Positions 1 to 9,676 of a stretch of DNA of 64,000 nt are shown one piece after another. The stretch lies in the NCBI RefSeq assembly GCF_947499265.1, contig NZ_CANMNK010000005.1, forward strand, positions 244,173 to 308,172, given 5' to 3'. The stretch comes from an uncultured Roseobacter sp. Its GTDB lineage: Bacteria > Pseudomonadota > Alphaproteobacteria > Rhodobacterales > Rhodobacteraceae. The notes below the pieces were generated by a model. That model did not search any database and was not told the origin of the DNA. It was given only the letters and a program-made list of their open reading frames with translations. Each line of letters starts with the position of its first letter. The first letter of the stretch is position 1. Both the position numbers and the translations under genes were made by a program.

Positions 1-308
1 CCACCAATCCCCGAGGAGACCGGCAGGTTCTTGATCAGATCGAACCCTGTGCCCTCCAGCCCGTCAAACAACCGCGCGACCTGCAGGATAAGGTTATCAC
101 CACCCCTGGGCACGGCATTGGCCTCAGATCCCCCGACGGTCATCGAAAATGCATCGCCTGGGGCAATGCGCAGCCTGTCGCCGACATCTGCAAAGACCAC
201 AAGACTGTCGATCAGATGGTAGCCATCCGCGCGCTGACCGGTAACATGAAGCGTCAGATTGATCTTGGCCGGCGCAAAGACCTCAACAGCCGGACGCTGA
301 TCAGCCAT
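1..308 (-). CDS. ispE: 4-diphosphocytidyl-2-C-methyl-D-erythritol kinase, N-terminal part (gene runs off the left edge)
   Basis: My own minus-strand translation from ATG (308-306) gives [44 protein letters not shown]... This is the APAKINL..V.G.R.DGYH N-terminal signature of IspE. It is truncated, so it is absent from the ORF track. Confidence 0.8.
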   Translation of the reverse strand, partial: MADQRPAVEVFAPAKINLTLHVTGQRADGYHLIDSLVVFADVGDRLRIAPGDAFSMTVGGSEANAVPRGGDNLILQVARLFDGLEGTGFDLIKNLPVSSGIG

Positions 309-317
309 GGCCTTGTG

Positions 318-2015
318 TCACTCCCTGGCGACTTCCAGAGGGGTGGCGCCCTCTTCCGCAAGCACCGCATCAAGGCCAACTTTCAGCTTGCGGCGGATGC
401 GGTCGGGCTTGGCTTCGCTCAGAGGATCATTCTCATCCACGAAAGACAGCGCGCGCGCCCATTGGAACTCCGCTTCGCGCTTACGCCCCACCGCCCAATA
501 CACATCGCCAAGATGGTCGTTCACCACCGGATCAACCGCCATCAGTTCGACGGCACGTTCCATATGCGGCACCGCCTCTTCGTAGCGCCCCAACCGGTAA
601 AGCGCCCACCCCAGAGAATCGATGATGTATCCGCTGTCCGGGCTTGCCGCGACCGCGCGCTCGATCATCTCCAGTGCTTCGGTTAACTGTTCTTGCCGCT
701 CGACAAGCGAATAGCCAAGGTAATTCAGCACCTGTGGCTGGCCCGGGTTAATCTCCAGCGCGGCGCGAAAATCGGCCTCCGCCTTCTCCCAGTTTCCCTG
801 CCGTTCGTGCGAAATTGCCCGGGCATAGAGCAGGAACCAGCTTGGCCCGCCACTGTCTTGCGCCAGTGCCGCAGCCTTGTCATAAGCGACAACGGCCTCT
901 GCAAACCGGTCCTCGCGCCGCAGCGCATCCCCCAGCGAGGAGTGCACGCTCGCCAGTGTGCCATGACTGCGGGCAAGTTGTTCCAGCACCTCAATCGCAG
1001 CCTCGGGTTTGCCGGATTCGCGCAGTGCAGCGGCGCGCCCCAGTTCAGCCGCATGATAGGAGGGATCGTTCGCTGGCACGCGCTTGTAGATGTTGATGGC
1101 CTGGTTGTATTGCTCAAGCGATTCAAAAATCTCGGCGGTCAGCAACAGCGCGTCAACATGATCGGGCCGCAGGTTGAGCGCGACCTGCACATAGAGGATG
1201 GTGTATTCCGGGCCCGCCTCGGACATCAACGCAGCGGCCACAGAAAAGAAAACCTCCGCAAACCCGTCTTGCACGGAGTTTACATGCTGAAACGGCAGCG
1301 GTTCCTCGCTGTTCAAAGCGGCGATGATCTCTTCAATTTCAGGATCGGTGGCACCGCTGAACATACGCTGCAACAGCTCCAGGGCTTCCTGTTCTTTTTC
1401 CAGTTGCGACAGGATTTCTACACGCGCCAGAACGCCGCGTCGGGTCTGAATGATCGTACCGGTTGTGTCCGCTGCGAAAATGGCCTCTGCGCCTTCAAAG
1501 TCGCCGACAGACGCCAGCGCCATCGCCTTGTGATAAAGCGCAAAGCCCTGCAGGCCGGGCTGCGCTGAGATGGCATCAAAAGCCGCCAGCGCTTCGGAAA
1601 CCTTGCCCGTGCCCATCAGGGCCCATGCCTTCACCAGACCGTCAACAAGCGGCCCGATGCCTTGTTCGTCGGTTGGCTCGAACTGCAGCAGGGCCTCATA
1701 GTCTTCCTGCAGGATCCGGTGCGCTGTCATCACCAGTTCCGCAACCTGGCTGGGGCGATCTGTCGTGAGCAGGGTTTCGGCAACCGGCATAGCGCGATCC
1801 ACGCGCCCCAATGCCAATTGCGAGACCACAACGCTCTCCATCAGCTCCAGATTAAGCGGATCGCGCGCCAGTGCCTGCGTGAAATAGGAGGCGGCCTGGT
1901 CGAAATCACTCTGCATCGCGGCAGATCGCGCCGCCAGATACGCACCTGCATTCGATTGGGCGGCGAGGGGTGCCGCAACGGCCACTGACAGGGCAATTGC
2001 GGCCACAGATGTCAT
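318..2015 (-). CDS. Secreted tetratricopeptide-repeat (TPR) protein
   Basis: ORF 318-2093, with the start trimmed to ATG at 2015. MTSVAAIALSVAVAAPLAAQ looks like a signal peptide. Helix-pair motifs recur (AASYFTQALARDP, AINIYKRVPANDP, AEADFRAALEINP, AEFQWARALSF). Confidence 0.8.
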   Translation of the reverse strand: MTSVAAIALSVAVAAPLAAQSNAGAYLAARSAAMQSDFDQAASYFTQALARDPLNLELMESVVVSQLALGRVDRAMPVAETLLTTDRPSQVAELVMTAHRILQEDYEALLQFEPTDEQGIGPLVDGLVKAWALMGTGKVSEALAAFDAISAQPGLQGFALYHKAMALASVGDFEGAEAIFAADTTGTIIQTRRGVLARVEILSQLEKEQEALELLQRMFSGATDPEIEEIIAALNSEEPLPFQHVNSVQDGFAEVFFSVAAALMSEAGPEYTILYVQVALNLRPDHVDALLLTAEIFESLEQYNQAINIYKRVPANDPSYHAAELGRAAALRESGKPEAAIEVLEQLARSHGTLASVHSSLGDALRREDRFAEAVVAYDKAAALAQDSGGPSWFLLYARAISHERQGNWEKAEADFRAALEINPGQPQVLNYLGYSLVERQEQLTEALEMIERAVAASPDSGYIIDSLGWALYRLGRYEEAVPHMERAVELMAVDPVVNDHLGDVYWAVGRKREAEFQWARALSFVDENDPLSEAKPDRIRRKLKVGLDAVLAEEGATPLEVARE

Positions 2016-2176
2016 CAATTTATGGAACACGGATGCACGACCTCTTTGAAGACGGTGTTTCCCATAGGCTAACAGGTTCAGCCTCAAGCGCAATGCTGCG
2101 CGGCCATATCTGGCTGACGCACCCCGCCTTTCGGCGGGATGACGGATTATTGATCAAAAGGTGGCCCCGCCCAACC

Positions 2177-3826
2177 CTACATGTTCGGGTAATTGGGTCC
2201 GTCCCCGCCCTGCGGCGTCGTCCAGACGATGTTTTGCGCCGGGTCCTTGATGTCGCAGGTTTTGCAATGCACGCAGTTCTGGAAGTTGATCACAAAACGC
2301 GTGTCCTTGCCGTCTTCTTCGACAAATTCATACACACCCGCCGGACAGTAGCGCGCCGAGGGGCCCGCATATTTGGGCAGGTTGCTCTGCACCGGGACTT
2401 CGGCGTCTTTGAGCGTGAGATGCGCAGGCTGGCTTTCTTCGTGATTGGTGAAGGAAAATGCCACGTTGGTGAGCCGGTCAAACGACAGTTTTCCATCCGG
2501 CTTCGGATATTCGATCGGCTGATGTTTGGCGGCTTCTTCGGTCGCTTCGGCATCGGATTTGCCATGCCCCAGCGTGCCGAGGATCGAGAACCCCAAGGTG
2601 TTCGTCCACATGTCGAAGCCACCCATCACCAGGCTGGCGGTCAGACCGTATTTGGACCAGAGCGGTTTGACATTGCGCACCTTGCGCAGGTCCTGACCGA
2701 TTTTGCCGCTGCGCACTTCGGTCTCATAAGCGGTCAGCTCATCGCCACCGCGCTCCGCCGCAATGGCCTCGATTGCCGCCTCTGCCGCGGCGATGCCAGA
2801 GAGCATCGCGTTGTGGTTGCCTTTGATGCGCGGCACGTTGACCATGCCCACCGAACAGCCCAGCAGCGCCACGCCGGGTGCCACCATCTTGGGCATCGAC
2901 TGGAATCCACCTTCCGAGATCGCACGGGCACCGTAAGCCACGCGTTTGCCGCCCTCTAGCAGGTTCGCCACCATGGGGTGATGCTTGAAGCGCTGGAATT
3001 CCATGTAGGGAAAGAGATGCGGGTTCCTGTAATTCAGGTGCACAACGAAACCCACATAAACCTGATTGTTCTCAAGGTGGTAGATGAAGGAGCCGCCACC
3101 GGCGTTTCCACCCAGCGGCCAGCCCATCGTGTGGGTCACCGACCCTTCCTTGTGCTTGGCGGGATCAATCTCCCAGATTTCCTTCATGCCGAGGCCGAAT
3201 TTTTGGGGCTCATGCTCGGCGGACAGGTCGTATTTGTCGATCACCTGTTTGGAGAGGCTGCCGCGTACGCCTTCAGACAGGAACACATATTTGCCGTGCA
3301 GCTCCATGCCGGGTTCATATCCATCGCCCTGGCTGCCGTCTGCATTCTTGCCAAACTCACCGGCCACCACGCCTTTCACTTCGCCGTTCTCGCCGTAGAC
3401 AAGCTCGGAGCAGGACATGCCGGGGAAGATTTCCACGCCCAGCTCTTCCGCCTGTTCCGCCATCCAGCGACAGACGTTGCCCATGGAGACGATGTAATTG
3501 CCGTGGTTGTTCATCAGGGGTGGCATCGGCGCATTGGGAATTCGCAAATGGCCCGCTTCACCGAGCATGTAGAAGTTGTCCTCGACCACCGGCACGTTCA
3601 GCGGCGCACCTTTCTCTTTCCAGTCCGGGATCAGGGCATCCAGCCCCACCGGATCGAGCACCGCGCCAGACAGGATATGCGCGCCAACTTCGGAGCCTTT
3701 CTCCAGCACCACAACGTTGCACTCCGCGTCCAGCTGCTTGAGCCGGATCGCCGCCGACAGGCCCGCAGGACCCGCACCAACGATGACGACATCGTATTCC
3801 ATCGCTTCGCGTTCAATCTCTGACAT
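2177..3826 (-). CDS. Electron-transfer flavoprotein:ubiquinone oxidoreductase (ETF-QO)
   Basis: N-terminal FAD fold YDVVIVGAGPAGLSAAIRL and C-terminal 4Fe-4S segment FQNCVHCKTCDIKDP, about 550 aa. Start trimmed to ATG 3826, which is preceded by GGGAG. Confidence 0.9.
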   Translation of the reverse strand: MSEIEREAMEYDVVIVGAGPAGLSAAIRLKQLDAECNVVVLEKGSEVGAHILSGAVLDPVGLDALIPDWKEKGAPLNVPVVEDNFYMLGEAGHLRIPNAPMPPLMNNHGNYIVSMGNVCRWMAEQAEELGVEIFPGMSCSELVYGENGEVKGVVAGEFGKNADGSQGDGYEPGMELHGKYVFLSEGVRGSLSKQVIDKYDLSAEHEPQKFGLGMKEIWEIDPAKHKEGSVTHTMGWPLGGNAGGGSFIYHLENNQVYVGFVVHLNYRNPHLFPYMEFQRFKHHPMVANLLEGGKRVAYGARAISEGGFQSMPKMVAPGVALLGCSVGMVNVPRIKGNHNAMLSGIAAAEAAIEAIAAERGGDELTAYETEVRSGKIGQDLRKVRNVKPLWSKYGLTASLVMGGFDMWTNTLGFSILGTLGHGKSDAEATEEAAKHQPIEYPKPDGKLSFDRLTNVAFSFTNHEESQPAHLTLKDAEVPVQSNLPKYAGPSARYCPAGVYEFVEEDGKDTRFVINFQNCVHCKTCDIKDPAQNIVWTTPQGGDGPNYPNM

Positions 3827-3974
3827 TCCCGGCTCCCTTATATTCTTCGGGGCGCGGCACCCGCCGCGCAACAATCGTTCGCGATTGGCTAAACCACGTC
3901 ACACCCCAATGCAATCGCAACTGGGCGTCATATAGGTGTGAAAACGATGAATTCATCGCGGAAAAGCGCGGTTT

Positions 3975-4433
3975 TTAGTCACGCTTTGGCGTGTCCCCCA
4001 TCAAGTAACGTGGCCCGGGCCCTTTTTCACCCGCGCGGTCGGTCGGATTATAGAGTGCGCAGTTGGGCAGGCTGAGGCATCCGCACCCGATGCAACCGTC
4101 CAGGCTGTCACGCAGGCGCGTCAGGGTTTCGATCTTTTGGTCCAACGTTTCCCGAAATCCACCGCTGATCTTTGCCCAATCCGCCTTGGTCGGGGTACGC
4201 CCGCCGGGCAGCCGGTCAAGCTCTGCTCTGATCTGCGGCAGGGTGAAGCCAAATTGCTGTGCAATCATGACAAAGCTCAGGCGCCGCAGGTCTGAGCGCT
4301 GAAACCGCCGCTGTCCCCCGGCATTGCGCCAAGGGTTAATCAACCCCTGCGCTTCGTAATATCTGATGGCAGAGACCGCCAGACCCGTACGCTCCGCCAG
4401 TGCACCAATAGAAAGGCCTTCGTTCACACGCAT
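3975..4433 (-). CDS. soxR: Redox-sensitive MerR-family transcriptional activator SoxR
   Basis: MerR HTH (LSIGALAERTGLAVSAIRYYE) plus the SoxR-specific [2Fe-2S] cysteine cluster CIGCGCLSLPNCALYNP near the C-terminus. Confidence 0.9.
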   Translation of the reverse strand: MRVNEGLSIGALAERTGLAVSAIRYYEAQGLINPWRNAGGQRRFQRSDLRRLSFVMIAQQFGFTLPQIRAELDRLPGGRTPTKADWAKISGGFRETLDQKIETLTRLRDSLDGCIGCGCLSLPNCALYNPTDRAGEKGPGPRYLMGDTPKRD

Positions 4434-4442
4434 AAAAATCCC

Positions 4443-4473
4443 TTGACCTAAAGTTAGGTTTAGAAATTACAGT
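4443..4473 (+). promoter_or_regulatory. MerR-type promoter with candidate SoxR operator for the downstream VOC gene
   Basis: TTGACC (4443-4448) and TACAGT (4468-4473) are separated by a 19-bp spacer, the over-long spacing typical of MerR-activated promoters. The perfect inverted repeat ACCTAA-ag-TTAGGT (4446-4459) lies inside the spacer, in the divergent soxR/VOC intergenic region. Confidence 0.6.
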
Positions 4474-4508
4474 ATCTGTGATCAAGGATTATTGAAAGGA
4501 GAAAGCCA

Positions 4509-4889
4509 ATGGCTGCAATGCTTGAGCACGCAAATTACACGGTCTCGGACGGTGATGCGACAGCCGCATGGATGTGCGACCTCTTTGGCTGGCACATCCG
4601 TTGGAAAGGGCCATCGATCGATGGCGGCCAATCCATTCATGTGGGCACAGATACACAGTACCTGGCGCTCTACACGCCCGGAAAGGGCACCGCTGAAAAG
4701 TCCAACAGTTATCTGACCAACGGTGGGTTGAACCACATTGCCGTTGTCGTTGACGACATTGATGCAATGGAACGGGCCGTTACCGACAAAGGATTCACCG
4801 CCGGAAACCATGGGGATTATGAACCGGGACGGCGGTTTTACTTCCACGATCACGACAATATCGAATATGAGGTGGTGCAATACGACTAA
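4509..4889 (+). CDS. VOC (glyoxalase/bleomycin-resistance/dioxygenase) family protein
   Basis: 126 aa. LEHANYTVSD...GLNHIAVVVDDIDAMERAV...FYFHDHDNIEYEVVQY matches the paired beta-alpha-beta-beta-beta VOC pattern. GGAGA RBS sits 6 nt upstream. Confidence 0.75.
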   Translation: MAAMLEHANYTVSDGDATAAWMCDLFGWHIRWKGPSIDGGQSIHVGTDTQYLALYTPGKGTAEKSNSYLTNGGLNHIAVVVDDIDAMERAVTDKGFTAGNHGDYEPGRRFYFHDHDNIEYEVVQYD

Positions 4890-5016
4890 CCCGGCGCGTG
4901 CCTATCCGGCACGGACCCCTTGCATTTTGCCTCACCTTTAGGTCAGGTAGTTGCCAACTCTCACCTGCGGCCCCCGGCGAACCCCGGCGGGCCGCATCAT
5001 TTCGTGGACGATACCG

Positions 5017-5487
5017 ATGGATAAAATCCCCATGACCCGCAAGGGCCACGCCGATCTGGAAGCGGAACTGAAGCAGCTGAAATCTGTGGAGCGTCCCGCC
5101 ATCATCAAGGCCATTGCGGAAGCCCGCGAGCACGGTGATCTGTCCGAAAACGCCGAATATCATTCCGCACGCGAAAAGCAGTCTTTCATCGAGGGCCGGA
5201 TCAAGGAGATCGAAGGCGTTCTGGGGCTGGCGGAGGTGATCGATCCCGCAAAGATGAGCGGCACCATCAAGTTCGGTGCGACGGTCACGCTGGTCGATGA
5301 GGACACCGACGAGGAAAAGACCTGGCAGATCGTCGGAGAGCACGAAGCCAGCATCGAAAAAGGCCTGCTGAACATAAAATCGCCTATTGCGCGCGCCCTG
5401 ATTGGCAAGGATGAAGGCGACAGCGTAGAAGTGCGCACTCCGGGCGGTGAGAAGTCCTATGAGGTGCTCAAAATCGTCTATGCCTGA
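5017..5487 (+). CDS. greA: Transcription elongation factor GreA
   Basis: [22 protein letters not shown]...[27 protein letters not shown]... has the coiled-coil plus C-terminal FKBP-like domain at 156 aa. Start trimmed from 4951 to ATG 5017. Confidence 0.92.
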   Translation: MDKIPMTRKGHADLEAELKQLKSVERPAIIKAIAEAREHGDLSENAEYHSAREKQSFIEGRIKEIEGVLGLAEVIDPAKMSGTIKFGATVTLVDEDTDEEKTWQIVGEHEASIEKGLLNIKSPIARALIGKDEGDSVEVRTPGGEKSYEVLKIVYA

Positions 5488-5501
5488 CAGGACCTGCAGA
5501 C

Positions 5502-6542
5502 ATGGCTGACACGACTGAACAATCTGACATGCCGGAGGCGGCGGCCCGCCCGACCCCTCTGGGCATCTACGACCGCCCCCAATCCGAAGGCATCACCAGC
5601 ATCGAGGTTGTCGCTCTGGCGCTCTCAGCCATCTGGTTGCTGGCCTCCGTTATTTTCTTTTTGGTCGTGCCAAATGATGCGGATGAAAGCGGCGGCGGGC
5701 TTAAATTCCTGATGACGATGCTGGCCGTTTTCATGCCGGTTGCGATGATCTGGGTCGCGGCGACCGCAGCGCGGTCCAGCCGGGTGATGCGCGAGGAAAG
5801 CCAGCGTCTGCAGGCGGCCATCGACGCGATCCGCCAGACCTATATCGCGCAAAGTCAAAGCGGTGTCATGGGACCGGAACCGGCGACGGTCGCACGCAAA
5901 CTGGATGAAATTGCCGCCGCGACCCGCAAGACCGAAACCGTTCTGGCCACCTTCACATCACGTCGCGAACAAGATCGCGCAGCGGCCCCCGCACCTGCGC
6001 CCGTGAACGACGCCCCGCGTGACGACCAGCCCGCGCTCGCATTGGGCACGCAGGCGGCGGATATCGCACCGCCCCTAGCAACAGAAGATTTCATCCGCGC
6101 GTTGAATTTTCCCGAAACGGCGGAGGACGAAGCGGGGTTTGCGTCCCTGCGCCGCGCGCTGAAAGATCGCTCCGCCGCGCAGCTTATTCAGGCGGCGCAA
6201 GATGTGCTGACGCTGCTGAGCCAGGACGGCATCTACATGGATGATCTGCAACCGGATCGCGCCAGGCCGGAGATCTGGCGCCAGTTCGGTCAGGGTGCGC
6301 GCGGTCGACCCATCGCGGCCCTGGGCGGTGTCAGGGATCGGTCCTCATTGGCGCTAACCGCCGGGCGTATGAAGCAGGATCCGATCTTTCGCGATGCCGC
6401 GCATCACTTCCTGCGCCGCTTTGATAAGACATTCGCCGAATTCGAGCACAGTGCTACAGACGGCGAGATCTCGGCACTGGCAGAAACCCGCACGGCGCGG
6501 GCCTTCATGCTGTTGGGACGCGTCGCAGGAACATTCGACTAA
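5502..6542 (+). CDS. Hypothetical membrane-anchored protein
   Basis: 346-aa ORF with two adjacent hydrophobic helices (VVALALSAIWLLASVIFFLVV; FLMTMLAVFMPVAMIWVAATAA), an Ala/Pro-rich linker and a soluble C-terminal domain. Codon usage resembles the neighbours. No family recognised. Confidence 0.6.
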   Translation: MADTTEQSDMPEAAARPTPLGIYDRPQSEGITSIEVVALALSAIWLLASVIFFLVVPNDADESGGGLKFLMTMLAVFMPVAMIWVAATAARSSRVMREESQRLQAAIDAIRQTYIAQSQSGVMGPEPATVARKLDEIAAATRKTETVLATFTSRREQDRAAAPAPAPVNDAPRDDQPALALGTQAADIAPPLATEDFIRALNFPETAEDEAGFASLRRALKDRSAAQLIQAAQDVLTLLSQDGIYMDDLQPDRARPEIWRQFGQGARGRPIAALGGVRDRSSLALTAGRMKQDPIFRDAAHHFLRRFDKTFAEFEHSATDGEISALAETRTARAFMLLGRVAGTFD

Positions 6543-6547
6543 GCGCT

Positions 6548-7066
6548 TTAGGTGCAAACCTTCGCGCGGTTCTCCTGATCAAACGTCGCGTTGAGCACGG
6601 TGCCGTCGGCGAGATTGAAAACCACGCTTGCGCCTGAGATTTCCGCGCCGGTCACCCGGATCTGACCAAGATCGGATTGCGCGCGCTGGTCGTCCACATC
6701 GATGGTGAAACCAGCACGCTGCCCGGTGGACATCTCGTTCAGTTGAACCTCCAACTGCTCTGCGCCATCCGCCACATCGACATGCTGCATCTCGCCCTCC
6801 GGTACAAAGGGCTGGAAGACTTCGACGCCATTGCCGCCTGCGGCGGTATCAAAAACCAGGCCACCCGCCGAACTGCTCAAATCGATCCGCAGCCCGGTCA
6901 GAAAAACGCCCGTCGCGGTATGGATGATTTCAAACCGATCCCGGGGCGCGCTTTCTGTGAATTTCACCGTGAGCCCCTGCATGCATTCCGCCTGAGCGCC
7001 GGTTGCGAGGAGCGCTGCAAGCGCTGTTGTCAAAAAAGTCGTTCTATACATGCGGTCCACCATCAT
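6548..7066 (-). CDS. Secreted hypothetical protein
   Basis: Signal-peptide-like N-terminus MYRTTFLTTALAALLATGAQAEC; the true start may be ATG at 7051. The remainder is beta-rich and acidic. No family recognised. Confidence 0.55.
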   Translation of the reverse strand: MMVDRMYRTTFLTTALAALLATGAQAECMQGLTVKFTESAPRDRFEIIHTATGVFLTGLRIDLSSSAGGLVFDTAAGGNGVEVFQPFVPEGEMQHVDVADGAEQLEVQLNEMSTGQRAGFTIDVDDQRAQSDLGQIRVTGAEISGASVVFNLADGTVLNATFDQENRAKVCT

Positions 7067-7115
7067 TTGTCGTCAACGAGTAATCTTAGGGCGCAACAGA
7101 GGATTGGAAAGTGGC

Positions 7116-9188
7116 CTACAAACCGAAGCTGCCGAAAGGAATATACCTGACCAGCGTTCCGACCTCGATTTCCGCTGCCGCTTCGGGAAGTTCCACGAAG
7201 CCATCCGCCCAGGACAAACCGCTGATCCGGCCCGATCCTTCGGAAGCAAAGACCTCCGCCTGCCCGTTTCTGATCCGGGCGCGCAGGTATTCGGTACGGC
7301 CCGCTTTCTTGCGCTTGGAGAACGCGGCGGGCACATCGAACCCCTGCGGCTCTCGCCAGCTCTGCCCGGCCAGCCGTGCCATCGCGGGGGCTGCGAAGAC
7401 CAGCGCGCAGGTCATCGCGGCAACCGGATTGCCCGGGAGCCCGAAAACCGGGGTCTGCGCCCACATGCCCAGGGCCAGGGGTCGGCCGGGTTTCACCGCG
7501 ATGCGCCACAGCGTCATTGCACCAGCCTCTTTCAGCAGCGCTGAGACGTGGTCTTCATCCCCCGCCGAGGCGCCGCCGCTGGTGAGGATCAGATCGGCCT
7601 GAGCCGCAGCCTTGGAGAGGCTTCCAGCCAGCAGGTCCCGGTCATCTGTAACCCGTCCCATATCGACCGGCGCATGACCAAGCGCGCGGATCAGTTCCAG
7701 CAGCATGGGCCGGTTGGCATCAAATATCTGCCCCGGCGCCGCCACGTCTCCCGCCTCCACCAGCTCAGCCCCTGTTGACAGAACAGCGACCCGCAAGATG
7801 CCGTAAACCGACACGGCCACAGTTCCGATGGCCGCCAGCACTGCGGCCTCTGCCGGGCCAATGCGGGTGCCTTTTTTGAGCGCGATGGCGCCCTCGACGA
7901 CGTCTTCCCCCGCCCGTCGGGTGTTGGCGCCCGCGTTGATCGGTCCGCGAAAGGCAATAGTCGTGTCACTGACGGTCACGTCTTCCTGCAGCACCACTGT
8001 ATCCACGCCTACAGGCAGGGAGGCCCCGGTCAGAATGCGCACCGCGTGGCCGTCAGGGACCGCACCTGGCACATCGCCTGCGGCAGCGCGCCCCGCTGCC
8101 AGGGGCATCTGGTGCACTCCGGCCGGTTTGCCACCCGCAAATCCGTATCCATCCACGGCAGTATTGGGCAGTGGTGGGTTGGATCGCCGCGCGACCACAT
8201 CCTCGGCGAGCACACGGCCTGTCGCGTCCGAGACAGGAACAACCTCTACCGGGGTGACTGGAGCCAGGCGCGCTTCCAACATATCAAGGGTCTCACGCAC
8301 CGGCGTCCAATGCACGCCGGGTGGCAGGGCAAAACAGTCGTTGGTCAGTTTCGGTGGCTGCAACGCGGCGTGCTTTAGCTGCGCCTCATGACCCAACCCG
8401 AAAATCCAGCCTTCTTCCGGCGCGTCGACCTTCAGAATGCGGTGCAGCGTTTCTACATCGAGGTTGGAGACCATGCGCGCCACCTCGCGCACTTGCCAGG
8501 CATCCTTGATCTCACCTTCGGGGCCTGCGCCAAGCGTCAGGGACGGCCAGATTTCGACAAAGGCAATTTCCCGGTCCAGAGGTTCGAACGGCCAGATCGC
8601 CGCGTCAAAGCGTTTTCTCAGCCGTGACAGGACGGGCAACCCCATCAAGACCTGCGAACCGACCGCGCCCGTGCCGCCCAATTGCCAGCAGGAAAATGAC
8701 CCCTTTGCCGCTGTTTCGGCGACCCGCTTCTCCGGAAAGGGGTTTTCATACAGGTCCTTGCGCCGGGGCAGTCCGGCGATATCCCGTTTGAGACCGTTGA
8801 ACCAAAACGGCCCCTGTCCGCCAAATTGCAGGTTGATGGATGCCGCAAGATCAAACCGGTTATTGGCTTGCGGGCTGTCCTCAACGCGGGTCTCCAGCCA
8901 ATCCCAGACGGCGAAAGGGTCATCGCTTCCGGTCAGCGCCCTGGCGAAACCTGTGGGATAACCAAAGGGAAAATCGAACCCGGCGAGGACGCGGCGACCT
9001 GCCCGCCGTTCGGCCTCAAAAAGCACCGCAAGCCAGGTTTCTGCCTCGGTGCGGTTGCGCAGGTAAACCGGGTCTTCCGCCCGCCCCAACCGGGCGACAC
9101 AGGCCCAGATCGCATCCTGTCGCGGGGATTTGCCTGTGTCATTGCCGCCCGACCAATCGACCATGACGATTGTGTCAAAGCCGCTCAC
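7116..9188 (-). CDS. moeA: Molybdopterin molybdenumtransferase MoeA fused to an uncharacterised N-terminal domain of about 290 aa
   Basis: The C-terminal ~400 aa has MoeA hallmarks (PLPNTAVDGYGF, ILTGASLPVGVDTVV, LILTSGGASAGDEDHV, GLPGNPVAAM). The N-terminal part (MSGFDTIVMVDWSGGNDTGKSPRQDAIW...) is not MoeA-like. GTG start overlaps the mobB stop (GTGA). Confidence 0.85.
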   Translation of the reverse strand: MSGFDTIVMVDWSGGNDTGKSPRQDAIWACVARLGRAEDPVYLRNRTEAETWLAVLFEAERRAGRRVLAGFDFPFGYPTGFARALTGSDDPFAVWDWLETRVEDSPQANNRFDLAASINLQFGGQGPFWFNGLKRDIAGLPRRKDLYENPFPEKRVAETAAKGSFSCWQLGGTGAVGSQVLMGLPVLSRLRKRFDAAIWPFEPLDREIAFVEIWPSLTLGAGPEGEIKDAWQVREVARMVSNLDVETLHRILKVDAPEEGWIFGLGHEAQLKHAALQPPKLTNDCFALPPGVHWTPVRETLDMLEARLAPVTPVEVVPVSDATGRVLAEDVVARRSNPPLPNTAVDGYGFAGGKPAGVHQMPLAAGRAAAGDVPGAVPDGHAVRILTGASLPVGVDTVVLQEDVTVSDTTIAFRGPINAGANTRRAGEDVVEGAIALKKGTRIGPAEAAVLAAIGTVAVSVYGILRVAVLSTGAELVEAGDVAAPGQIFDANRPMLLELIRALGHAPVDMGRVTDDRDLLAGSLSKAAAQADLILTSGGASAGDEDHVSALLKEAGAMTLWRIAVKPGRPLALGMWAQTPVFGLPGNPVAAMTCALVFAAPAMARLAGQSWREPQGFDVPAAFSKRKKAGRTEYLRARIRNGQAEVFASEGSGRISGLSWADGFVELPEAAAEIEVGTLVRYIPFGSFGL

Positions 9189-9676
9189 AAACCGACCTCA
9201 GCAAGGATGAAATCTGCGATCCGCGCAGTATCATTCAAGTCAAACACGGGTCGGTCGAGTGTCAGATCCGTATCGCTGGCGACGGCACGGATGGTGCTGT
9301 CCTCGGTCGCGATCAACGGGTTTCCCGTCTCCGCACGGTGCGCCTCGATCTTGTGATGTGTGTCGCGTTTGTACCCCTCGATCAGCACCAGATCGACCGG
9401 TGACAGCCTGGAGAGCAAATCCTCCAACGTCGGCTCCGAGGCCTCGCGCAGCTCATGCATCAGGGCAAATCGCTTGGCCGACGCCAAAAGCACCTCCGTC
9501 GCACCCGCTTGCCGGTGCCGATAGCTGTCCTTGCCGGGCTGATCCACATCGAACACGTGATGCGCGTGCTTGACGGTTGAGACGGAATAGCCACGGCTGC
9601 AAATCTCACTCACCAACCGCTCCATCAGCCCGGTTTTGCCCGCGTTTTTCCACCCCACGATCCCATAGAGCTTCAT
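9185..9676 (-). CDS. mobB: Molybdopterin-guanine dinucleotide biosynthesis adaptor protein MobB
   Basis: MKLYGIVGWKNAGKTGLMERLV (P-loop) ...TVKHAHH..D.PGKDS..., 163 aa. ATGA overlap with mobA. Confidence 0.9.
   Translation of the reverse strand: MKLYGIVGWKNAGKTGLMERLVSEICSRGYSVSTVKHAHHVFDVDQPGKDSYRHRQAGATEVLLASAKRFALMHELREASEPTLEDLLSRLSPVDLVLIEGYKRDTHHKIEAHRAETGNPLIATEDSTIRAVASDTDLTLDRPVFDLNDTARIADFILAEVGL

Noticed and set aside
693-1568. Long ORFs antisense to or overlapping confident genes. Examples: 693-1568, 1970-2959, 2978-3823, 9577-10530, 14646-15914, 19044-20015, 33685-34413, 34453-35775, 37962-39509, 50542-51339, 51450-52496.
   Set aside because: These are typical shadow ORFs of high-GC DNA. 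Their translations are Arg/Pro/Gly/His-rich and low in complexity, have no recognisable motifs, and each is fully covered by a gene with a clear family signature on the other strand or frame.
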